A stretch of 48,136 bases of DNA from Archaeoglobaceae archaeon (GTDB lineage Archaea; Halobacteriota; Archaeoglobi; Archaeoglobales; Archaeoglobaceae), in NCBI GenBank assembly GCA_038893835.1, contig JAWAQR010000009.1, forward strand, positions 1 through 48,136. Reading direction: 5' to 3'. The position numbers and the translations under genes were made by a program. Shown here piece after piece: positions 18,764 to 29,327 of the stretch (positions within the stretch are counted from its first letter, which is position 1; the number at the start of each line of letters is the position of its first letter). The notes under the pieces are model-generated. The model had not been told where the DNA came from and made no database searches. It saw only the letters and a program-made list of their open reading frames with translations.

Positions 18764-20677
18764 ATGCAGATTTTTAAAGAATTGTGGAAAATGGAAAAAG
18801 ATGATCCGAAGAGGTTCTGGAATGAATTAGCAATGAAGGCAATGGATGACATTTATTGGTTCAAAGCATGGGAAAAGGTCTTTGAATGGGATTATCCGAG
18901 ATTTTCATGGTTCAAAGGAGGGAAAACAAACATCGCCTATAACTGTCTCGATTATAAAGTTAAAAGATTTGCATCCAAACCAGCGTATATTTATGAGAAT
19001 CCAGAGCTGGATTTAAGTTACTCTATAACATATTCCCAGCTCTTCAGCTTGGTTAAAAAATTCGCCTCAGCTCTTCGCGGATCCGGAATTAAAAGGGGAG
19101 ATAGAGTTTTACTTTATCTTCCCAATTCTATAGAAGCTGCTGCAATGATCCTAGCATGCGCGAGGATTGGTGCAATCTCTGTAACAGTCTTTGCAGGTTT
19201 TTCGCCGAAGGCTGTAGCTGATAGAATTGAGCTTACGACACCAAAGCTGATATTCACGCAGGACTTCGCATCTAGAAGGGGGAAAGTTATAAGGCTTAAG
19301 GAGAACATAGACATCGCTTTGAGCATGGTTCCAAAGCTGGAAGCTAAGGTAGTTTTAAAGAGAGCTATGCCAGAATTAGATCTTGAGCTTTCTGACAGGG
19401 ATATTCTGCTCAAGGATTTTCTAAAACTCGGTAAAGGAGAGAGTAGTGAATATGTGGAGATGGATGCAATGGATCCCATATTCGTGATGCCAACATCTGG
19501 AACAACTGCGAAGCCGAAACCAGTCGTGCATGTGCAAGGAGGGTATCAGATATGGAACTACTACGCAGCCAAATGGATCTATGGTCTGAACTCTGAAGAT
19601 GTGATATTCAACACATCTGACATCGGCTGGATTGTGGGGCAGAGTTACATGATCTTCGGCCCTCTGTTAACTGGAGCTACCTGCATTCTTTACGATGGGA
19701 CACCAGACTATCCAGAGCCAGGAGTATGGTGGGAAGTCGTTGAAAGAAACAGGGCAACTTTGATCTGGACTTCTCCAACAGGAGCTAGGATATTGAGAAA
19801 GATAGGAGTTGAAAAGGCCAAAGAGTATGATCTAAGTTCTGTTAAACGTGTTGTTTGTGCGGGAGAAGTTCTAAATCCTGAGGTTTGGTCATGGCTTTAT
19901 AGGGATGTATTTGAGGAACAAATACCAGTGATAGATCACATGTGGCAAACTGAAACAACAGGTGCAATCTTTGGTTATCCCTATGGTCTGCTGGGCGATG
20001 AAGTAAAGAAGTTCATAAAACCCGGCTCAGCTGGCTTACCCTTACCAGGTGTCGATCCAGTCGTTATGGATGAGAATGGAAAAGAGCTTGGATCGAATGA
20101 AAAGGGAGTGCTATATTTGAGAAGACCATTCCCCGGACTTACACCGACGCTTTGGGACAGTTTTGAAAGATATGTCCGCTCATATTGGGAAACTGGAGTT
20201 TCCGGGCTTTACTGCACAGGAGATGCAGCATTCATAGATGCAGATGGATACGTTTGGTTCACTGGAAGGGCTGATGAAGTTATAAAAATTGCAGGACACA
20301 GAATTGGAACAATTGAAGTTGAAAACGCCCTTATCAGCCATCCAGCGGTTGCTGAAGCAGGTGTCTGTGGAGTTCCAGATGAGCTTCGTGGAGAGGTTGC
20401 TGCTGCATTCGTCGTGCTAAAGCAGGGATTTTATCCGAGCGAGGAATTAAAAAAGAATATAATAGAACACGTTAGGAAAACACTTGGACCGATAGTTGTC
20501 TTCAGAGACATACAGTTCGTAAACATGCTACCAAAGACGAGAAGCGGAAAGATCATGCGAAGAGTGATGAAAAGACTTTTCCTCGGTCAGGAACTTGGAG
20601 ATCTTTCTACAATTGAAGAAGAGGCTTCGATCGCAGAAATTCGTGAAGCTGTGGAAAAGCTGAGGCGAGTTGCATGA
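18764..20677 (+). CDS. AMP-forming short-chain acyl-CoA synthetase (Acs/PrpE family)
   Basis: TSGTTAKPK, SDIGW, WQTE, GRADEVIKIAGHRIG and LPKTRSGK. Confidence 0.92.
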   Translation: MQIFKELWKMEKDDPKRFWNELAMKAMDDIYWFKAWEKVFEWDYPRFSWFKGGKTNIAYNCLDYKVKRFASKPAYIYENPELDLSYSITYSQLFSLVKKFASALRGSGIKRGDRVLLYLPNSIEAAAMILACARIGAISVTVFAGFSPKAVADRIELTTPKLIFTQDFASRRGKVIRLKENIDIALSMVPKLEAKVVLKRAMPELDLELSDRDILLKDFLKLGKGESSEYVEMDAMDPIFVMPTSGTTAKPKPVVHVQGGYQIWNYYAAKWIYGLNSEDVIFNTSDIGWIVGQSYMIFGPLLTGATCILYDGTPDYPEPGVWWEVVERNRATLIWTSPTGARILRKIGVEKAKEYDLSSVKRVVCAGEVLNPEVWSWLYRDVFEEQIPVIDHMWQTETTGAIFGYPYGLLGDEVKKFIKPGSAGLPLPGVDPVVMDENGKELGSNEKGVLYLRRPFPGLTPTLWDSFERYVRSYWETGVSGLYCTGDAAFIDADGYVWFTGRADEVIKIAGHRIGTIEVENALISHPAVAEAGVCGVPDELRGEVAAAFVVLKQGFYPSEELKKNIIEHVRKTLGPIVVFRDIQFVNMLPKTRSGKIMRRVMKRLFLGQELGDLSTIEEEASIAEIREAVEKLRRVA

Positions 20678-21426
20678 CACCCAAGGAATTTGCTAAGGTC
20701 ATAGAACGCTATATACGTCCGCAGACTTTTCCAATAGCTTTTAAGTTTGGTGATGATGAAAGGGCTAGAAAGTTGAAGGACTTGACAATCTGCCAGATCT
20801 ACAACATTTCACGCAGATACGGCTGGTTTCTGAAATTTGACGTTGAAACCGCTTGCCCCTTAGGAATCATCGCTTATGGATTCGCCGAGCCAGATGAGCT
20901 TTACAAATCAGGAAAGCTTGCATATGAAGCTGGATATGCTATGAACGAAGAAATTGGAAAGAAATTCGAAGAAGTTGTGCCAAAGCTCAAAGGTTACAGT
21001 TCTTGCCTCGTTGCGCCATTGGAAAGAGAGGACTTCATCCCAAATCCAGACTTCGTTGTTGTTTACGCAACTCCAGCGCAAATTCTTCGCTTTGTTCACG
21101 CTTACCTTTACAACAAGGGCGGGAAAGTTGAAACTTCAATCCTCGGCAGAGGCGCATGTGCCGAGTTTCTTGATGCGTTCATACACAAGAAGCTAAGGAT
21201 CGTGATCCCATGCTATGGCGATAGACTTTTTGGCTTAACGCAAGATCACGAAATGGCGGTGGCTTTTCCGTTTGAAATCGCGGAAGAGATCGCGAAAGGT
21301 CTTGAAGAGACACACAAGCGGGGAATTCGCTATCCAATTCCGAACACAGCTCTTCGTGTTCCTTTACCAATGATAGAGAGTTACAAGAAGTCAGTTGAAT
21401 CCATGAGAAAGTCTCGCGAGAGCTAA
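20674..21426 (+). CDS. DUF169 family protein
   Basis: ICQ..SRRYG, CPLG, GAC and PCYGDR. ATGA overlap with the ligase. Confidence 0.8.
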   Translation: MTPKEFAKVIERYIRPQTFPIAFKFGDDERARKLKDLTICQIYNISRRYGWFLKFDVETACPLGIIAYGFAEPDELYKSGKLAYEAGYAMNEEIGKKFEEVVPKLKGYSSCLVAPLEREDFIPNPDFVVVYATPAQILRFVHAYLYNKGGKVETSILGRGACAEFLDAFIHKKLRIVIPCYGDRLFGLTQDHEMAVAFPFEIAEEIAKGLEETHKRGIRYPIPNTALRVPLPMIESYKKSVESMRKSRES

Positions 21427-23328
21427 GGCGCATCTTTCGATCGAATCGAAAAGAATACAGTCAAGATTTTTCTTCTTTTTTTCAAAATCTTCCGGATTTG
21501 TCACATAAACGACGATCTCATCATGAAAGAGCTCCTTCATAATCTCTTCCGGTATAACCCAGCTCGGTGGAGCGACTGCATAGCAAAAAACTACTGCGCC
21601 CACGTTTTCATCTTTTTTGAGCAAATCTAGGATTCTTTTGAGCTTTAAAGCGTCGAGACCACTGAAAGAAACGTCAACGGGATTGTCTCTGTGTGTTATC
21701 GGTGGTAAAATTTTTCTGAGTTCTTCGAGCGTTTCTCCGCTTAACTTCGAAAGTCTTCCACCGTTGCTCTCGAGGATGTCTGCGAAAACAATTCCGAGAC
21801 CAGCTTGTATTGTCACTACTGCAACGCTTCTAATTCGCCCGAATTTCTCCGCAAGTACTGCAACATCTATGAGCTCTGTCGGAGATTCAACAACAATTCC
21901 CTTCGCCTGCTTCACGGCTGAAGTAAAGATCTTATAATTCCCCGCTAAACTTCCCGTGTGACTCAAGGAAGCTTTATCTGCAACTTCGCTTCTCCCAGCT
22001 TTTAAAACAACTGCAATTTTCCCTGCTTCATTGAGCTTTTTCAGTGCATCGAAGAAAGCTCTCCCATTTTCGAGTCCTTCAACGTAAACTGCAACGACTT
22101 TCGTGCTCTTGTCTTTTGCGAGGAACTCGAGCACGTCTGGAAAATCGACGTCGCAACGATTGCCTAAATGAATCACGTAACTAAAACCGACGTCGCTGAA
22201 CCTGTGCAAAACGTAGTGACAAATGCCACCGCTTTGGGAAACCAAAGCAATTTTTCCGGGCTTTAACTTGCTGAACTCTGGCGTGAAGCTTGCGTTTAAG
22301 TTCTCGAGCACGTTTACAAAGCCAAAAACGTTTGGACCTATGATTCTTATCCATTTGCTCAATTCTCTCAGTCTTCCCTCTCTTTTCTTTCCTTCTTCGA
22401 TTTCCGCTTCTTTAAATCCTGCAGAGATTATTAGAGCTTCTTTAGCCTTCCCGATTAGTTTCTCAACAGCCTCAACTACCTTTTCTGCCGGCAAGGCTAT
22501 TATCGCGAGATCTACCTCAGGAAGATCTTCAATCGAGTTCAAAACCTTCAAACCATCGATTTCCGACAGATTTGGATTCACAGGGTAGATTTCCGCTTTG
22601 CTTGTTTTCAGGCTTTGCAAAACTGCGTAGCCGACTTTCAGGGGATTGCTTGAAGCTCCAACCACTGCGATCTTCTTTGCATTAAAACTCACTTCTCGGA
22701 TCTTTGTTTCGAAGTCTCTTCTCTTTCCGATCACGATTCTCGCATCTGCTACCGCATAGCCTTTTTCGTAAACAAAGACTGGGTTGAGATCCATTTCTAA
22801 GATGTTCTCTTTTTCAACGATCTCGCTTACCTTAACCGCAAGCTCTATAATCGCTTCTTTATCGAACTTCTTTCCTCGATAGCTAAAGATATCCTTCGAC
22901 CTGAGCTCGTTGAGCATTTCTTCAACGTCATTTTTGTTCACTGGGATTAAGCGAACGCTGTAGTCCTTTAAAGCCTCAACGTAAAATCCGCCAAGACCCA
23001 AGGCTAAAAAGCTTCCAAACTGCGAATCTTCTGCAACTCCGATGAAGATCTCAAGCCCTTTTTCGAGCATTGGCTGAACGTTGACACCTTCTGCAAATCT
23101 AATCGAGATAAGCTCTTTGAAGTTCTCAACTGCCTCTTTTTCAGAGTTTACAAATCTAACTCCTCCAACCTCGCTTTTGTGCGAAATTCTACGTGAAGCA
23201 ACTTTCAAAACAGCTGGAAAGCCAATAACTTTAAGGGCTTGAAGAAGTTCCTTCTCGTTTTTTACAAAAACACACTTTGCAGTCCTTATCCCATAGCTTT
23301 CGAGCAAAGCCTTTGCTTCATGTTCCAT
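21391..23328 (-). CDS. ADP-forming acyl-CoA synthetase, fused beta-alpha
   Basis: ATP-grasp region (EHEAK, HKSEVGGV, DLNPV) followed by the CoA-binding region (VGAS, GPN, SQSG) and phospho-His SHTGSLAG. Confidence 0.9.
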   Translation of the reverse strand: MEHEAKALLESYGIRTAKCVFVKNEKELLQALKVIGFPAVLKVASRRISHKSEVGGVRFVNSEKEAVENFKELISIRFAEGVNVQPMLEKGLEIFIGVAEDSQFGSFLALGLGGFYVEALKDYSVRLIPVNKNDVEEMLNELRSKDIFSYRGKKFDKEAIIELAVKVSEIVEKENILEMDLNPVFVYEKGYAVADARIVIGKRRDFETKIREVSFNAKKIAVVGASSNPLKVGYAVLQSLKTSKAEIYPVNPNLSEIDGLKVLNSIEDLPEVDLAIIALPAEKVVEAVEKLIGKAKEALIISAGFKEAEIEEGKKREGRLRELSKWIRIIGPNVFGFVNVLENLNASFTPEFSKLKPGKIALVSQSGGICHYVLHRFSDVGFSYVIHLGNRCDVDFPDVLEFLAKDKSTKVVAVYVEGLENGRAFFDALKKLNEAGKIAVVLKAGRSEVADKASLSHTGSLAGNYKIFTSAVKQAKGIVVESPTELIDVAVLAEKFGRIRSVAVVTIQAGLGIVFADILESNGGRLSKLSGETLEELRKILPPITHRDNPVDVSFSGLDALKLKRILDLLKKDENVGAVVFCYAVAPPSWVIPEEIMKELFHDEIVVYVTNPEDFEKKKKNLDCILFDSIERCALALARLSHGFN

Positions 23329-23335
23329 TAAAAAA

Positions 23336-24988
23336 TTAGAAAATTTCTGGTGCTCTGTATTCTCCAAAAACTTCTCTGAGCGCATCTGCTATCTCACCAA
23401 GTGTAGCTTTGGCTTTAACGCAATCTATAACGTATGGCATCAGGTTTGCATCACCTTCAGCAGCCTTCTTTAGCCTTTCAAGCGCCCTGTCTACATCTCC
23501 CTTATCCCTGTTTTCTCTAAACTTTCTTAGCCTTGTAATCTGCTTTTCAACGACTTCCTTTGGAACCCTTAGAAGTTCGATCTGAATTTCCTCCTCTATT
23601 TGATACTTGTTAACTCCTACAACTGTCAGTTCTCCACTTTCAATCGCCTTCTGCTTTTCATAAGCCGACTTCTGAATTTCCCTCTGCACAAATCCACTTT
23701 CTATGGCCTTTATCATTCCGCCCATTTCATCTATTTTTTCAATGTACTTCATCGCCTCTTCTTCAATCTTGTCTGTAAGCCATTCCACATAATAGCTTCC
23801 ACCCAAGGGATCGATAACATCAGCTACTCCAAGCTCTTCAGCGATTATCTGCTGGGTCCTTAGAGCTATTCTTACTGCCTTCTCCGTTGGCAGACAAAGT
23901 GCCTCATCAAAGCTGTTTGTATGCAAGCTTTGGCAACCTCCAAGCACAGCTGCCAATGCCTGCATTGCAACCCTAACAATGTTCAATTCAGGCTGCTGAG
24001 CTGTTAACGTGCAACCAGCAGTTTGAACATGGAAACGAAGCATCATCGACTGCGGTTTCTTTGCATTAAATCGCTCCTTCATTATTCTTGCCCATAATCT
24101 TCTAGCAGCCCTGAACTTCGCAACCTCTTCGAAAAGATTGTTTCCAGCAGAGAAAAAGAAGCTGAGCTGTGGAGCAAAGTCATCAACATCTATCCCACGT
24201 TCCAGCACTTTTTCCACATAAGTTATGCCGTTTGCAAGGGTGAATGCAACCTCTTGCACAGGCGTAGCGCCAGCTTCTTCCATGTGATACCCTGAAATGC
24301 TTATAGAATTCCAGTTTGGCATTTCTTTCGCGCAGAAGACGATTATATCTGTCGCCAGTCTGAGTGATGGTTCTGGGGGATATATATAGGTTCCCCTTGC
24401 TATATATTCTTTCAACATGTCATTCTGAACCGTTCCGCGAAGCTCTGCGATGTTAGCTCCTTGAGATTGCGCTACTAGTATGTACATGGCTAGGATTTGA
24501 GCACATGTGGAATTTATCGTCATTGAAGTCGAAACCTTTGCCAAGGGAATTCCGTCGAACAGGATTTGCATGTCCTCTATTGTGGATATTGCAACCCCAA
24601 CTTTCCCAACTTCACCAAGAGCCATTGGATGATCGCTGTCATAGCCTATTTGTGTTGGTAAGTCGAAAGCAACACTTAAACCAGTCTGACCTTGCGATAA
24701 AAGGAATTTGTACCTCTTATTCGTCTCTTCAGCGGTTCCAAAACCAGCATATTGTCTCATTGTCCAAAATCTGCCACGATACATTGTTGGATAAATTCCG
24801 CGAGTGAATGGATAAACACCAGGATATCCAAGCTTCTTTTCATACTCTGGATATTCTATGCCAAGATCTTCCGGAGTGTAAAGTCTATCTACAACAAAAC
24901 CAGAACTGACTTTGAACTCCTTTTTCCTTTCAGGAGCCTTTTTTATAAATGGAGCTACAACTTTTTCCTCCCATTCTCTCTTGTTCAT
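23336..24988 (-). CDS. Methylmalonyl-CoA mutase, large (substrate-binding) subunit
   Basis: YPFTRG, RQYAGFG, KEYIARG, SISGYH and [11 protein letters not shown]. Confidence 0.95.
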   Translation of the reverse strand: MNKREWEEKVVAPFIKKAPERKKEFKVSSGFVVDRLYTPEDLGIEYPEYEKKLGYPGVYPFTRGIYPTMYRGRFWTMRQYAGFGTAEETNKRYKFLLSQGQTGLSVAFDLPTQIGYDSDHPMALGEVGKVGVAISTIEDMQILFDGIPLAKVSTSMTINSTCAQILAMYILVAQSQGANIAELRGTVQNDMLKEYIARGTYIYPPEPSLRLATDIIVFCAKEMPNWNSISISGYHMEEAGATPVQEVAFTLANGITYVEKVLERGIDVDDFAPQLSFFFSAGNNLFEEVAKFRAARRLWARIMKERFNAKKPQSMMLRFHVQTAGCTLTAQQPELNIVRVAMQALAAVLGGCQSLHTNSFDEALCLPTEKAVRIALRTQQIIAEELGVADVIDPLGGSYYVEWLTDKIEEEAMKYIEKIDEMGGMIKAIESGFVQREIQKSAYEKQKAIESGELTVVGVNKYQIEEEIQIELLRVPKEVVEKQITRLRKFRENRDKGDVDRALERLKKAAEGDANLMPYVIDCVKAKATLGEIADALREVFGEYRAPEIF

Positions 24989-24992
24989 AAAA

Positions 24993-25403
24993 TCACCCCA
25001 ATCTTATAATTGGCGAATCTTTCAAAACCTTATCACCCACTTTCACCAAAATCTCAACAACCTTTCCACTTATCGAAGCCTTTATCGGATTCTCCATTTT
25101 CATCGCTTCGATTACAGCAACAATATCTCCTTCCTTAATTTCATCTCCTACCTTCACAAAGATCTTTGTTACAATTCCATTCATCGGAGCCTTTATAACC
25201 TTTCCTTCCACTTTCTCAGCTTTAACAACTTTCTCAGCTATTTTTTCTGATGGAGTTTCAATCGAAATTGTCTTAACTTCAATCTTCGGCCTTACTTCTA
25301 TCAAAGCCGTTTTTCCGTTCACCTTCACTTGGTATAAATTTGCACCAACCTCCTCAACTTCAACCTCGTAAATTTTTCCGCCAACCTCAACTTTATAAAT
25401 CAT
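24993..25403 (-). CDS. Biotin carboxyl carrier protein
   Basis: EAMKMEN biotinylation motif. Start set at MIYKVEV. Confidence 0.93.
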   Translation of the reverse strand: MIYKVEVGGKIYEVEVEEVGANLYQVKVNGKTALIEVRPKIEVKTISIETPSEKIAEKVVKAEKVEGKVIKAPMNGIVTKIFVKVGDEIKEGDIVAVIEAMKMENPIKASISGKVVEILVKVGDKVLKDSPIIRLG

Positions 25404-25528
25404 GACATCATCCTCGCAGAAAGCTTCCAAACTTTTGGAACTTCCTTGATTTCAATCGGCTTCTCCTTTTCCTTCAAATACTTATGAATTGCTGCCAAAG
25501 CTGCTGCAAATTCTTCAGCTGACAGCAT
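25400..25528 (-). CDS. 42-aa acyl-CoA carboxylase/decarboxylase small subunit (epsilon/PccX/delta-C-terminal-like), absent from the ORF track
   Basis: Hand translation: [42 protein letters not shown]. It fills the gap between carboxyltransferase and BCCP, with an ATGA overlap. Confidence 0.8.
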   Translation of the reverse strand: MLSAEEFAAALAAIHKYLKEKEKPIEIKEVPKVWKLSARMMS

Positions 25529-25533
25529 AAATA

Positions 25534-27078
25534 TCACACTGGAATGTTGTCATGCTTCTTTGGTGGCAATCTCTCACGCTTACTCTCCAGAATTCTAAGA
25601 GCTGAGATTATCTTAACTCTAGTGTACTTTGGATCTATTACATCATCCACATATCCACGAGCCGCAGCTCTGTACGGATTTGCAAATTTCTCCCTATACT
25701 CCTTTATCTTCGCTTCCCTCATAGCCTTTGGATCGCTTGCGCTTGAAATCTCTTTTCTAAAAACTATCTCTGCCGCACCCTCTGGACCCATTACTGCGAT
25801 TTCTGCAGTTGGATAAGCAAAGACGATATCTGCTCCAAGATGTTTGCTTCCCATGGCAATGTAAGCACCTCCATAAGCCTTTCTGACAATAACTGTAACC
25901 ATTGGAACTGTCGCTTCGCTATAAGCAAAAAGAACCTTTGCTCCATGCCTTATAATACCGCCATATTCCTGCTCCACTCCTGGCAAGTAGCCTGGGACAT
26001 CAACGAAAGTTATAATTGGAATGTTGAAGCAATCGCAGAAGCGGACAAATCGGGCAATTTTGTCGCTGCTATCTATGTCAAGACAGCCGGCCAGATGCAT
26101 TGGATTGTTCGCAACTATTCCAACGCTGTAACCATCTATCCTAGCAAAACCTACGATGGCATTTGGAGCGTAATACTTGTGAATTTCGAAGAATTCACCG
26201 TTGTCAACAACTGCATTTATTATCGCATGCATGTCATATGGCTTCTGTGGATCATCTGGAATTATTTCATATATCTCCGGAGTTAACCTAGAAGGACTAT
26301 CCTTGCTTTCAACTCTGGGAGGATCTTCCATGTTGTTCAGAGGCAGATAACTCAGGAGTTTTCTGACCAGTCTCATCGCATCTTCATCGTTTTCAGCTAC
26401 TAGGTGACAGTTACCACTCCTCATCGCATGCGCCTCCCATCCGCCAAGTTCAAAGGCTGTAACATCTTCACCTGTTACAGCTTTCACAACAGCTGGCCCT
26501 GTTATGAACATGTAGCAGTTTGGATTCTTTGTCATTATTATGAAATCCCCAATGGCTGGACTGTAAACTGCCCCACCAGCACATGGGCCAAGGATGACGC
26601 TAATTTGTGGAATCACACCACTTGCAAGCGTGTTTCGATAAAATATATCCCCGTATCCCTTTAAAGCATCTACTCCTTCTTGAATTCTTGCTCCTCCGCT
26701 GTCGTTGAGACCAACAACCGGAATACCGACCTTCATTGCAAAGTCTAGTAAATAAGCGATCTTGTAACCATGCATTTCTCCAAGACTCCCTCCCATTACC
26801 GTGAAATCCTGAGCAAAGACGGCGACAGGTCTTCCATCTACGGTTCCATAGCCTGTAATGACTCCATCAGCTGGTAGGTCCATTTTATCCAATCCAAAAT
26901 CCGTATTTCTCTTCTCAACAAATGGATTGAGCTCCACAAAGCTTCCTGGATCTAGAAGTAAATCTATTCTCTCTCTTGCAGTTAGCTTTCCTTGCTCATG
27001 CTGTTTCTGTATTCTTTCGTCACCTCCCATCTTCAGTATCTTTTCCCTCCTTCTATACAATTCTCTCAGCGCCTCCAT
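25534..27078 (-). CDS. Acyl-CoA carboxyltransferase (propionyl-CoA carboxylase beta / methylmalonyl-CoA decarboxylase alpha)
   Basis: [37 protein letters not shown] and KKHDNIP. Confidence 0.95.
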   Translation of the reverse strand: MEALRELYRRREKILKMGGDERIQKQHEQGKLTARERIDLLLDPGSFVELNPFVEKRNTDFGLDKMDLPADGVITGYGTVDGRPVAVFAQDFTVMGGSLGEMHGYKIAYLLDFAMKVGIPVVGLNDSGGARIQEGVDALKGYGDIFYRNTLASGVIPQISVILGPCAGGAVYSPAIGDFIIMTKNPNCYMFITGPAVVKAVTGEDVTAFELGGWEAHAMRSGNCHLVAENDEDAMRLVRKLLSYLPLNNMEDPPRVESKDSPSRLTPEIYEIIPDDPQKPYDMHAIINAVVDNGEFFEIHKYYAPNAIVGFARIDGYSVGIVANNPMHLAGCLDIDSSDKIARFVRFCDCFNIPIITFVDVPGYLPGVEQEYGGIIRHGAKVLFAYSEATVPMVTVIVRKAYGGAYIAMGSKHLGADIVFAYPTAEIAVMGPEGAAEIVFRKEISSASDPKAMREAKIKEYREKFANPYRAAARGYVDDVIDPKYTRVKIISALRILESKRERLPPKKHDNIPV

Positions 27079-27079
27079 C

Positions 27080-27469
27080 TCAACCCTCCACGAATTCTAA
27101 AAGAACACCATGTGTGCTTTTTGGATGCAGAAATGCAACCTTCTTCCCTCCAGCCCCTATTCTTGGCCTCTCATCGATCAACTTTATTCCAGAATTCTTT
27201 GCAATTTCTAGCGATCTCTCTATGTTTTCCACATTTATCGCTATATGATGCACACCCTCGCCACGGGAAGATATGAATTTTGCAATTACAGAATCTTCTG
27301 CAGTTGCTTCAAGCAGCTCTATCTTGCTTTCCCCAATCGGAAGCATCGCCACTTTTACCTTCTGCTCCTTAACCTCCTCTATATTTTTAACCTTAAATCC
27401 GAGTGACTCAAACGTCTTAATCGCCTCTTCTAGGTTTTTAACAGCTATTCCTATATGATCAATCTTCAT
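27080..27469 (-). CDS. mce: Methylmalonyl-CoA epimerase
   Basis: [21 protein letters not shown] and [13 protein letters not shown]. Confidence 0.95.
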   Translation of the reverse strand: MKIDHIGIAVKNLEEAIKTFESLGFKVKNIEEVKEQKVKVAMLPIGESKIELLEATAEDSVIAKFISSRGEGVHHIAINVENIERSLEIAKNSGIKLIDERPRIGAGGKKVAFLHPKSTHGVLLEFVEG

Positions 27470-27475
27470 AGCATT

Positions 27476-27895
27476 TCACCTCCCAATTTTTGATACCTCC
27501 CTTCTTATGAATTCCGCTATATCGCTAATCTTTGTTCCTGGAGTAAAAACTTCAGATACTCCGAGCTCTTTTAAAATCTTAACATCATCTTGCGGAATTA
27601 TCCCTCCTACGATTACTATTAAATCCTTTCCAGGTTCAAGACCTCTTTTTTTCAGCTCCTCTATCACCATCGGCACCAGCTCAAGGTGAGCTCCGCTAAG
27701 AATGCTCAAACCCAAAACCTGAACATCTTCCTGCAATGCAGTCTCAGCTATCTCCGCAGGTGTCCTTCTTATCCCAGTATATATAACTTCAAAGCCTGCA
27801 TCCCTCAAACCGCGAGCAACAACTTTTGCTCCACGATCATGCCCATCTAGTCCTGGTTTAGCTATGAGAACCCTTATTTTCTTCATTTCAAGCAT
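27476..27895 (-). CDS. Methylmalonyl-CoA mutase, cobalamin-binding small subunit
   Basis: [17 protein letters not shown] and GGIIP. Confidence 0.95.
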   Translation of the reverse strand: MLEMKKIRVLIAKPGLDGHDRGAKVVARGLRDAGFEVIYTGIRRTPAEIAETALQEDVQVLGLSILSGAHLELVPMVIEELKKRGLEPGKDLIVIVGGIIPQDDVKILKELGVSEVFTPGTKISDIAEFIRREVSKIGR

Positions 27896-27919
27896 GAAAT
27901 CACCTCAACATTAAAAAAT

Positions 27920-29323
27920 TTAACCTTTTATATCCAAGAGATCGCAAACAGCTTTCTCCCTCTTTGCAAGATCGGAGAAATATTGTAGAAAAATCAGCGC
28001 TGCACTTGGTGATCCACCGCCATGGAAGGCGCCGACTAAATGGGAACTCATAACCCAAAATTCAACAAATTTTATTATTTTCATTCTATCTTCAGCTGAA
28101 AACTTTTCGCTACCCTTCATGAACTCTTCAATGATTGGGCCAATATCTCCCTTCAAATCAAACTCAGATGGTGCAGTAGCAGGAATTCCACCGGCGATAT
28201 CGATCAAATTCGCTATGCACTTAAGAAATCCCTCTACTCCAACGATCTTAGCAGAATTCGATATCTCCCTACTCGGCTGCCATGAATCCGCGACTCTGTA
28301 ACCCTTCACAGCTCCGCCAACTGCTATGGCATGTGCAGACTCGCTGAAGGCAATTATTTCAGCAACTTTCTGCCTAAGGGCTGGTACGTTTTCAAGTCCG
28401 TTAACCTTCAGCATCATACTCGCAGCTCCTGCAATGGAATCCATGAATCCCGATTTACATGCAGCGCCAACGCAACGATGTGAGCAGGCAAAAATCGTTA
28501 GCAGTTCTCTAACCGCTTTCAAATCTTGGAAAATGAAAACTCTTTCCCAAGGAATGAAAGTCTCCTTGAATATTATCATACAAGTTGTTCTATCACCAAA
28601 TTTTGGATTTCCCATCTCGAATTTCCCTCCTTCTCTGAACTTTGCCTGAATTCCAGTGTTCTGCAAAACGAACTTCACGTCATCATCTGGCAAAGAGGCG
28701 AAAGCTATTGCAAATTTCTCTTCACCCTCCTTAAACGTCTGAGTTGGTAGAACGAAGTTTACATCCGCAGCAAAAGCCCCGCTTTGATGAATCTTTGCAC
28801 CGCTTACATAAATCCCATTCTCATCCTTTCTAATTACCCTCACAAACATGTTTTCCTGCTGAAGAGGTCTCTTACTTCTATCTCCCTTCACATCCGTTAA
28901 CGCTGAAGTGCAGGCAAAATCGTTTTTCTGAATTTCCTTCAAAAACTTTAGAAATCTCTTGTGATAGTCCGTTCCCTCTCTTTCATCTACCATTTTGGTA
29001 ACTGGGTAAAGAGAATTTATCGCATCACATCCGGTGCAGCGATAGTTGCAAGTTGCAAGTCTCAAACTAAGCTCCCTTTGAAAGTCGTATCTTTTTATCA
29101 AATCCTCTGCATTTTTCATCACAGCGTTTAAAATATTCACTTTTTCACCAATAAGATCTGAAAAAACCGCATAATCAGATGCGAGGTCGTAAGTCATTGC
29201 TATCGCATTGATAACTGGTCTTATGTTTGGATGGTTTATCCAATCCTCAACTCTTTTTCCCGCAACATATATCGCCCTCTTATAACCATTCAATCTTTCA
29301 ACATATTCCTTCCCGCTAATCAT
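27920..29323 (-). CDS. 4-hydroxybutyryl-CoA dehydratase-like FAD/[4Fe-4S] protein (HpaB/AbfD family)
   Basis: CNYRC and HRCVGAAC give the 3Cys+His cluster ligands. TDVKGDRS, GAKIHQS and HGGGSP are also present. Confidence 0.87.
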   Translation of the reverse strand: MISGKEYVERLNGYKRAIYVAGKRVEDWINHPNIRPVINAIAMTYDLASDYAVFSDLIGEKVNILNAVMKNAEDLIKRYDFQRELSLRLATCNYRCTGCDAINSLYPVTKMVDEREGTDYHKRFLKFLKEIQKNDFACTSALTDVKGDRSKRPLQQENMFVRVIRKDENGIYVSGAKIHQSGAFAADVNFVLPTQTFKEGEEKFAIAFASLPDDDVKFVLQNTGIQAKFREGGKFEMGNPKFGDRTTCMIIFKETFIPWERVFIFQDLKAVRELLTIFACSHRCVGAACKSGFMDSIAGAASMMLKVNGLENVPALRQKVAEIIAFSESAHAIAVGGAVKGYRVADSWQPSREISNSAKIVGVEGFLKCIANLIDIAGGIPATAPSEFDLKGDIGPIIEEFMKGSEKFSAEDRMKIIKFVEFWVMSSHLVGAFHGGGSPSAALIFLQYFSDLAKREKAVCDLLDIKG

Positions 29324-29327
29324 CTAA

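Noticed and set aside
23336-24988. Isobutyryl-CoA or 2-hydroxyisobutyryl-CoA mutase
   Set aside because: RQYAG (Tyr) and KEYIARG (Arg) are the methylmalonyl-CoA-specific residues.
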